From contig CAWGMQ010000007.1 in assembly GCA_963823665.1 (NCBI GenBank), positions 768,001 to 832,000 on the forward strand: a DNA stretch of 64,000 nt, given 5' to 3'. This document shows positions 56,912 to 64,000 of this stretch, in pieces. The stretch is from an uncultured Planctomycetota bacterium. GTDB taxonomy: Bacteria; Planctomycetota; Planctomycetia; Isosphaerales; Isosphaeraceae. Made by a program: the position numbers and the translations under genes. Numbering within the stretch: position 1 is the first letter of the stretch; every line of letters begins with the position of its first letter. The notes under the pieces were generated by a model that saw only the letters and a list, made by a program, of their open reading frames with translations, was not told where the DNA came from and did not search any database.

Positions 56912-58316
56912 ATGGCAACTCCGGACCCCGATCGTGCCCCCTCCCACCGCGTTCATCTCGTACTCGTGGGACAACGACGCGCACAACGACTGGGTCAAGC
57001 GCCTGGCCGCCCGACTCCGCAGCCAAGGGATTAAGTCGATCCTCGACCGCTGGCACGTCGTGCCTGGTGACCCCCTCCCGGCGTTCATGGAAACGTCCAT
57101 CCGGGAGAGCGACTTCGTCATCGCCGTCTGCACGCCCAAATACAAGGAGAAGATGGACAATCGCACCGGCGGCGCGGGTTACGAAGGCGAGATGATGTCG
57201 GCGGAGGCCTCGACGCTCCGGAACAACCGGAAGTTTATCGCCGTCCTTCGCAGCGGGACTCCAGAGACCGCCTTGCCCTCGTGGCGCACGGCCTCATATT
57301 GGATCGACCTCCGCGGCGACCCGTACTCCGAGTTGCACTACCTCGACTTGTTGCAGACGCTCCACGGCGCCCGTGAGACGGCCCCAGACATCGGGTCGGA
57401 CTTCCCGGACTGGAGTGCGCGGAAGGCGAGCCCGTATCCGCTACAACCAGACAGAGCGCCGCCCCCTACGGAGGCACAGCTTCCGCCCGTTCTGAAGGCG
57501 TCTGAACTTCCCCCCGCGGTCCATTTTGATCAGGCCGTGTCCGGTGAAACCGCGACCCCGGACACGGGCTCGCACCCGAGCGAAGCCATCGCTGTCGTAA
57601 GCACCCCCGAGCGCCCCGAGGAACCAGCCCGCCCGCCTTTGTCGAAGACGCGGGGCCTCCGACGGTGGTGGAGGCTCACCTGGCGTCGGGCGGCGGTCGC
57701 CGCCGTCCTGCTTGCCGTGATCGCTTCAGGCTACCTTTTCTTCGAGTCACCCCGCGGGCAGATCATTTTCAACCGTCTGCGCCTCGTTCTCAACCCGGCG
57801 TCGGCTGTGACATGGGGAAACTTGGCATGGAGCTATCGAGCGATAGATGACTTTACGGAGGCGGAAAGGTGCTTCGATAAGGCGGTCCGGCTGGAGCCGG
57901 AGGACGGCGAGCGCCACAGCAGCCGGGCAATTCTCCTTATGAATATGGCAGATTCGCAGGAACCTGAGCTGAAAAGTGCAGAAAGAATCCGGCTCGGGGA
58001 GAAGGCGATCGCGGACTTCGACCGGGCATTCGCCCTCGGGTACGACATGATTTATGGCCACATGGAGAAGGCCACACTCCTGATAAAAACAGGGCACCCA
58101 GAGCTGGCCATACCCGAACTGAACGGGGCGGTCAAGTCGTACGAGGAAGTCGTCCAGAAAACCCGGAGGGATTTGTCCTGGATGCGGGGCGAGGCGTACT
58201 TTCTGCGGGGCGTGGCTTATCTACGGAAGGGCGAGGGCGAAAAGGCGGACGCGGATTTCCGGAAAGCCCAAGAATTCAAATACTGGCGGAATGTAGAAAC
58301 GTTTCATGATTATTAA
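56912..58316 (+). CDS. TIR/SEFIR - Pro-rich linker - TM - TPR protein
   Basis: AFISYSWD..WVKRLAARL..LDRW..ESDFVIAVCTPKY..GGAGYE; TM AAVAAVLLAVIASGYLFF after RRWWR; TPRs. Likely start is ATG 56912 with an indel in the C-run near 56940; otherwise GTG 56934. Confidence 0.85.
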
Positions 58317-58605
58317 GTGGGTAGCCGCAAGGGCAGGGCGGCGGGCGCGCACCTCGTCCGTTGATACGGCGAGGCGCCGGACCAGGCGGTTGGATGTGGT
58401 TTGTTTGGACGTCATTTTTCGAAACTGGAAGCGCTGACTGCCACGATCGGAACCAAGAAGTCCGCACCAGTTTTGGGCTTGGTCTCCGGCGTCTTCTGAT
58501 ACCCGTCGGCAAAGTCGATCGGCCGTTCAGGCCCTCCGCTCGTGCCCAGCACACCGAGACTTTGGCCTAATGGCAGTTTCTACTTCTCAATGCCTCAAAC
58601 CCGCC

Positions 58606-59430
58606 TCATCCAAACGCAATCCCCGCGTTCTTTAGAATCCCTTTGAGCGCATTCGCCGCATCGGCAAACCGGTCGGGCCCTGTAAACCCGAACGATTTCT
58701 CGGCTACAACGAGGTGCGGTTCGAGCGTGCAAAATCCGTCGTAGCCCCAGCCTGCTGCTTCCGCGAGCAGCCGCGGAATCTGGCCGTCGCCGGCGCCGGC
58801 GGGGACATTGCGGTGCAGCTTCGTGTCGTAATCCTTGACGTGGAAGTGCTTCACATGCGGGCGCAGCAGCGACCATGCTTCGTCGATCGACTGCCCGACC
58901 TCGAGGTAGTTGGCCGGGTCGAAGGCGTGGATCAAGAAGGGTGAGCTCACAGATTCGAGCACGTCCGCCACTCGCGCTGCGGTGTCTCCGTAGATTCCCT
59001 TTTCGTTCTCGAGGATCAGCGTGATGCCACGATGCGCCGCGAGGCTGGCAAGCTCGGTAATCCGGGCCACAACCGCTTCGCGGTGGATGGCTGGGTCATC
59101 TCCCGGCGGCATGTAAAAGCTGAAAATCCGGATCCGGGGTGCCTCGTAGTAGTCGGCGAGCTGCATGGCGATCTCGAACCGCGTGAGGTGCTCCTCGAAC
59201 TTCTCCGTTATCATGACTTTGCCGATTGGCGAGCCGATGGCGCTCAGTCCGAAACCACGAGATCGCAGAAGGTTGCGATACTCTGCGTGCTGGCTCTCGG
59301 AAAGGTCGAGGACGTTCGTTCCGTGAATCGCGCGGAACTCGATAAACTTGATGCCGTGCCGGGCCAGCACGTCAACTTGCTCGACGGGGTTCTGGGAGAT
59401 CTCGTCGGCAAACGCACTCAGGCGGATCAT
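58606..59430 (-). CDS. Sugar phosphate isomerase/epimerase (xylose isomerase-like TIM barrel)
   Basis: LSAFADEI, IGSPIGK, LENEKGIYGD, FDPANY, HVKD, LEPHL. Confidence 0.9.
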   Translation of the reverse strand: MIRLSAFADEISQNPVEQVDVLARHGIKFIEFRAIHGTNVLDLSESQHAEYRNLLRSRGFGLSAIGSPIGKVMITEKFEEHLTRFEIAMQLADYYEAPRIRIFSFYMPPGDDPAIHREAVVARITELASLAAHRGITLILENEKGIYGDTAARVADVLESVSSPFLIHAFDPANYLEVGQSIDEAWSLLRPHVKHFHVKDYDTKLHRNVPAGAGDGQIPRLLAEAAGWGYDGFCTLEPHLVVAEKSFGFTGPDRFADAANALKGILKNAGIAFG

Positions 59431-59610
59431 CAGTTGTCTCCCGGCGGTTTTCCAGGTGGCGGCTGCTGCTCGAATCGCTACGATGGATCATATTCGACGG
59501 CTGGCCGAAAGAGCCAGGCACTGGTGGCTTGCCGCACAGGTCTCGGGTAGGATAGGAATTGCCACGGGTTGCTGGCTTCTGGACCCTCGCGGGAACACGG
59601 TTTCATTTCG

Positions 59611-60108
59611 ATGATGACGATCGTTTGGCCTCTGCTGATTTACTGGCTTGTGTTGTTCGTCGTGTGCTTCGTGCTGGTGGAGATCGGGCACGACCAGCTT
59701 TACGACGAAGCTCCCAAACACGCGGGTTTGAGGGTCGCCGGGGGGTCGCTCGTGTTGGCCGCTTTGTTGGCGGGCCTGCGCGCCTGCGGCTTTCCTTCTT
59801 CGTTCGAATTCATGTTCACCACCAACATCGGCTGGACGTTGCTTCAAGGCGTGGTCTGGTTCCTCGTCTTCATGTTCATTTTTCAATTTCATCCGTGGCA
59901 TGCCCTCGGACTGGGTGTCGCCGCGATGCTGCTGGTTTCGGGGCTGGCCACGATGGGTGTCGATAGCCTGCTTGCCAAGTCGCGTGATGTGTCGGCCGCA
60001 ACCCGGCCGTTAATCACGAACGACCCGGTGCGGCAGTCGCTCGGAGCCGGACCCGGTGCCGCAGCCCCTTCGGCCCCTCCGGCCAAAGAGACGGAAAAAG
60101 CGAAATAG
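59611..60108 (+). CDS. Hypothetical membrane protein (about 4 TM)
   Basis: Four hydrophobic stretches and an Ala/Pro-rich tail. Confidence 0.7.
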   Translation: MMTIVWPLLIYWLVLFVVCFVLVEIGHDQLYDEAPKHAGLRVAGGSLVLAALLAGLRACGFPSSFEFMFTTNIGWTLLQGVVWFLVFMFIFQFHPWHALGLGVAAMLLVSGLATMGVDSLLAKSRDVSAATRPLITNDPVRQSLGAGPGAAAPSAPPAKETEKAK

Positions 60109-60181
60109 TCGAATCGGGTCTTTCGCCGGCGAGCGACAGGCCGGTCATGTTTCAATAGAGACAATGTGGAGGATCAAGATC

Positions 60182-60577
60182 GTGGGATACGTGACTCGTG
60201 AATTCGCCCATGCGGAAACGCTGGAACGAGCAAAGCGCTGGTTGATCGAAGTGGGTTTCCTTCCCAGCCGGATCGAAGTGCATGCGCATGGCACTTACCG
60301 GATCACGGTCTCCGTCGAATCGGGCCAGGCAGATGAAGTTGAACGCATACTCGATGCCGTTGCCACCGCCGAGCCGGATGGGCCCCCAAGCTTCTGGGAC
60401 CACACCCACCATCATCACAGCGGCCCGAAGCAAGGCGTGCCCGCCGCGCCCGAGGCGGGTCCGCTCCAAGCGGAAACGTTCGACATCACCTGGCGCCCCG
60501 TCGACCCGTCGAGCGAAGTGACACAAACGTCGACTGAAATCGAGAAACAAAAGGCGTACCGGGAAGACCGTGAGTAG
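60182..60577 (+). CDS. Hypothetical protein with His-rich patch
   Basis: GGAGG RBS before GTG 60182; MGYVTREFAHAETLERAKRWLIEVGF...WDHTHHHHS. Confidence 0.65.
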   Translation: MGYVTREFAHAETLERAKRWLIEVGFLPSRIEVHAHGTYRITVSVESGQADEVERILDAVATAEPDGPPSFWDHTHHHHSGPKQGVPAAPEAGPLQAETFDITWRPVDPSSEVTQTSTEIEKQKAYREDRE

Positions 60578-60797
60578 TGGGCGGTCGACTGGACGCTACG
60601 GCTCTTTGGCCGACGAAATGGCCGTCCCGGGTCTGGTCGATTCGATTAGCACCCGAACGGTGTGGCAGACGCTAAAGAAAACGACATCCAGCCCAAAGTC
60701 TTGAGGCGCCATTCCGCATTCACGGTCTCGTCGTGCTGGCGTGATTGGGCGCGCGTTCGCAGCGCCGTCAGAGCTCGTCGTCGAAATGGAAAGTCGG

Positions 60798-63700
60798 TCA
60801 ATCCGGATTGCCCGCCAGAACGAACGCAGCCCAATAGTGGGGCGACGCATACGGCCGCTCGGTGTCGCCGCCGGGCGGAATCGCCGCCGCGGGCGTGCGG
60901 GCCTTGCTCCCTTTGCCACGCTCGACGCCTCCTCCTGATAGCTCCGCGGTCAGCGCGAGCGCCTCATCGCGGCGCAGACCACGCAACCACGTCTTCGCCT
61001 CTCGCAGCGCCTCGGCCTTCGGCATCGGAGCATCGAGCCCCTTCCTCTTTCCCAGCAAATTGGCATAGAAACGCTGCATGAGCAAGGCCGTAGCCGTGTC
61101 GTCCACCTTCCAGAGCGACAAACACACGCTCCGCGCGCAGAGATCAACAGCGCCTGCGTGAATCCTACGAACCCCTCTCCGCCGAGATCGCGTCCCAGCG
61201 CCGTCTCGCACGCCGAAAGCGTGACCATTTCGGCCTTCAAGTCCCAATCATGCTGAATTTCGCGCACCAACAGCCGGCCGTCGAACACCGGCTTGTTGGC
61301 CAGAGCCTGCTCGAGTGGGTCAGGCAGGCCCGTTTGAGCCAGGATTATAGCGGAACGAGTGGGCCTATCTTCATCGATCACGCCGTGAGTTGCCAGATGG
61401 ATGAAGCCGTATCTCTCCAGCTCGCCGGAGGTGGCGAGGCGGTCCAGCTCGGGCTCGCTCGCCTCTGTTTCGAGGAGGGTCCGGACTGGCCGATCATCCA
61501 ACTTGAAGAGTCGCGCAAGTGCTTCGATCTCGTATCGCGTCCCCGGAAGCGGGGCGAAATCCTCGTCGCCACTCCGTGCTGCGACGAGCACCTTCTTCAT
61601 CGAGCGGTTCGCGGCGATCGCTTCGGGTGCAGGCCGCGCGTCGATCAACACGCCGAGCTTGCCAGGCGGCAGGCCTCGCTTGGAAGATCGTCCGTCTCGC
61701 CATACTTCCACGACGATCGGTTCTCCGCCTCCGTCGATGACTTTGAGATCCTCGATCTTGTTCAATTTCAGGCCGTTGTAGGCCAGCAAGACATCACCGG
61801 CCTTGAAGCCGTTTTTCGCAGCGCTGGACCCTGGCGCCACGACATTGACGAGGAGGCCATGATCCGGAACCGGCCCCGGATCGCTCGACTTCTCTGGTCG
61901 CTCGTAGACCGGGTCGCCCAGAGCCAACAGGCCCGCACGGCGGACTGGCCGCGTTTGCTCGCGCAGATACTTGAACACCGTCCCCGACGGGGCGTAACTC
62001 ACTACCCGCGTGTCACCGCGGTCGAGCAGCGCCTCGACCGGAATGCCCCTCATCGAATGCGAAGGAAGGACAATCACCGTGCGAGTTGTCGCTCCCAGGG
62101 CTTGCGCGAGCGGCTCGAGTCGCTGAACACGGAGCTTCTCGAGCAGCGGTAGCAAGTCGGAAGAGGTACCTCCTGGCGTCTTGCGCAGCTCTGCCCGAAC
62201 GCGATCCGCGAGCGCGTTATCACCCTTGGTCCAGAGCCCGTTCGGACCAGTCCCGACGATTGGCACCCATGCAGGAACTCCTTCCGGTCGGACGACCACA
62301 CCCCAATGATCGCCGTCGGGATCAGCCGCATTCGGGCCGCGTGGCGCATTATCGACCCAGGAGATCAGGGCAGCATCGGCAGGCAGCGCGGATTGGATCT
62401 TGCTCAGCCTGGCAACCTCGCCCGCGAGCGCACCGTGATCTTTGGCTAGCTTCGTCTGGAACTCACCCAGAGCAATGCTGGCCAGCTCGCGCTCGCGCTT
62501 CAAGTCTTCAAATCGCTTTGCTCTCTCGGTCTGATCAAGGCCTTTGGGCGTTGCTTCCACCAGCCGATCGAGCCGTTCCAGCTCGGTCGTCAGTGCGCGT
62601 AGACGGAGGCGCTCCTCGGGGTTGAGACGGCTGTCATCGCGGGCGGCCAAATCGTCGAGCAACCCGCGGCCGAGTTCTTCTTCAAGCGCCTGCCAGGCCT
62701 CGGCGGGCTGACCGAGCCTGGCAAGCACCGCCGCGAGGGCACGACCCACGGAGCACCGAGCCCCCGCGCGTTCTAGTCCGGTGAACGCAACAAGCCGCCG
62801 CGCCGCGTCCAGGCTCGTCACGGCGCGAATCCAATGCTCGCGCGCTTCAGTGTATTTCCCCTGCGCAGCGAGATTCAATGCCAGCAGGCCCAAGCCAGTG
62901 CCAGTATCCGGGTGGTCGTCTCCCAGCAACTGGAGCTGAATACTCAGCGCCTTCTCGTATAACGGCTGGGCCTGCGCGTACCGCCCTTGGGTGTCGTGGA
63001 TTGACGCCAGATTCTTATAGCTTAGCGCGGTTTCCGGGTGGTCATCGGTAAGCAGCCGGCGACGGATCTGAAGCGCCTTCTCGTAAAGCGGCTGGGCCTG
63101 CGTGTACTTCCCCTGGGCGTCGAGGTTCGCCGCCAGATTGTTGTAGCTTCGTGCGGTGTCAGGATGGTCATCAGTGAAAAGTTGACGGTATATTTCCAGC
63201 GACTTCTCTAACAGGGGCTGGGACTGGATGTACTTCCTCTGGTCGTTGAGAGTTATCGCCAGGTTGTTGAGGCTCAGGGCGGTGTCGGGGTGCGCGTCGG
63301 TAAGTAGACGGCGACGGATTTCCAGCGCCTTCTCATACAGCGCCTGGGCCTGGGCGTACGTCCCCTGGGCATTCAAGTTACGCGCCAGGTTGTTGTAGCC
63401 CGTTGCGACGGTGGGGTGGGCCTCGGTGAGAAGACGACGGTTGATCTCCAACGCCTTCTCGCAAAGCGGCTGGGCCTGGGCATACCTGCCCTGAGAATTC
63501 AGATTGTATGCCACGTTGTTAAAGCTCAGCGCGGTGTCGGGGTGGGCGTCGGTGAGAAGACGGCGACGAATCTCGAGCGCCTTCTCAAGCAGCGGCTGAG
63601 CCTGGGCAAGTTTACCCTGTTGACTGAGGTTCATCCCGACGTTGTTAAAGCTGGCCGCGGTGAAGCGGTGGTTGTCGGTAAGCAAACGTCGGAGGATCTC

Positions 63701-64000
63701 CAGCCCCTTCTCGTAGAACGGCTGAGCCTCGGCGTATTTTCCCTGCGCGTTGAGGTTGACCGCCACATTGTTATAGCTTTCTGCGGTGGCGAAATGTTCG
63801 TCCGTGAGCAGGCGGCGGCGAATCTCAAGCGCTTGCTCGAGGAGTCGCGCGGCCTGGGCGTACTTCCCTTGCGCATGAAGGTTGGTTCCGATGCTGTTGT
63901 AAGTTTCGGCGGTGTCCGGGTGATTCTCGGTAAGCAAGTGGCGGCGGATTTCCAGCGCCTTCTCGTACAGGGCCTCAGCCTCGGTGTACCTCGCCTGGGC
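60798..64000 (-). CDS. TPR-repeat CHAT (caspase-like) protease with PDZ insert; 5' partial, frameshift near 61138
   Basis: 42-aa repeats (HPDTAxSxNNLA..QGKYxxAQPLYEKALxIRRRLL); IHLATHG and VTLSACETALG dyad; SLWKVDD and PHYWAAFVLAG after the shift. Confidence 0.92.

Noticed and set aside
56503..57195. 230-aa ORF overlapping the TIR gene start
   Set aside because: It has no motifs and overlaps both the intron-like remnant and the better-supported TIR frame.

Overview
This GC-rich window is most likely from a Planctomycete of the Isosphaeraceae/Singulisphaera type, inferred from 'LEDR/LESR-xLL' N-terminal motifs, an ECF sigma-Ser/Thr kinase pair and a PVC-type heme protein. From left to right it holds a MoxR-DUF5682-VWA operon, a large DUF1080/beta-propeller/cytochrome c protein, toxin-antitoxin genes and debris, a Ser/Thr kinase, the pntA/pntB transhydrogenase genes, RraA and S1 proteins, and a kinase(GIN)-ECF pair. 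One ~28 kb giant surface-protein gene follows (25032-53010, ~9,300 aa, broken by 5 apparent indels). It is bracketed by a ~510 bp direct repeat of the ECF sigma gene, whose right copy is cut off just after the giant gene's stop codon. Inside the giant protein, flagellar-hook-like domains appear nested inside one another: domain bodies come first, then their closing strands are stacked in a row. The right end has a smaller Planctomycete surface protein, a decayed RAYT transposase with REP-like repeats, a probable internally deleted group II intron, a TIR-TM-TPR protein, a sugar isomerase and a TPR-CHAT protease with a PDZ insert. About 19 small frameshifts across unrelated genes point to assembly error rather than biology. 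All family assignments come from motif recognition by eye, not database searches.
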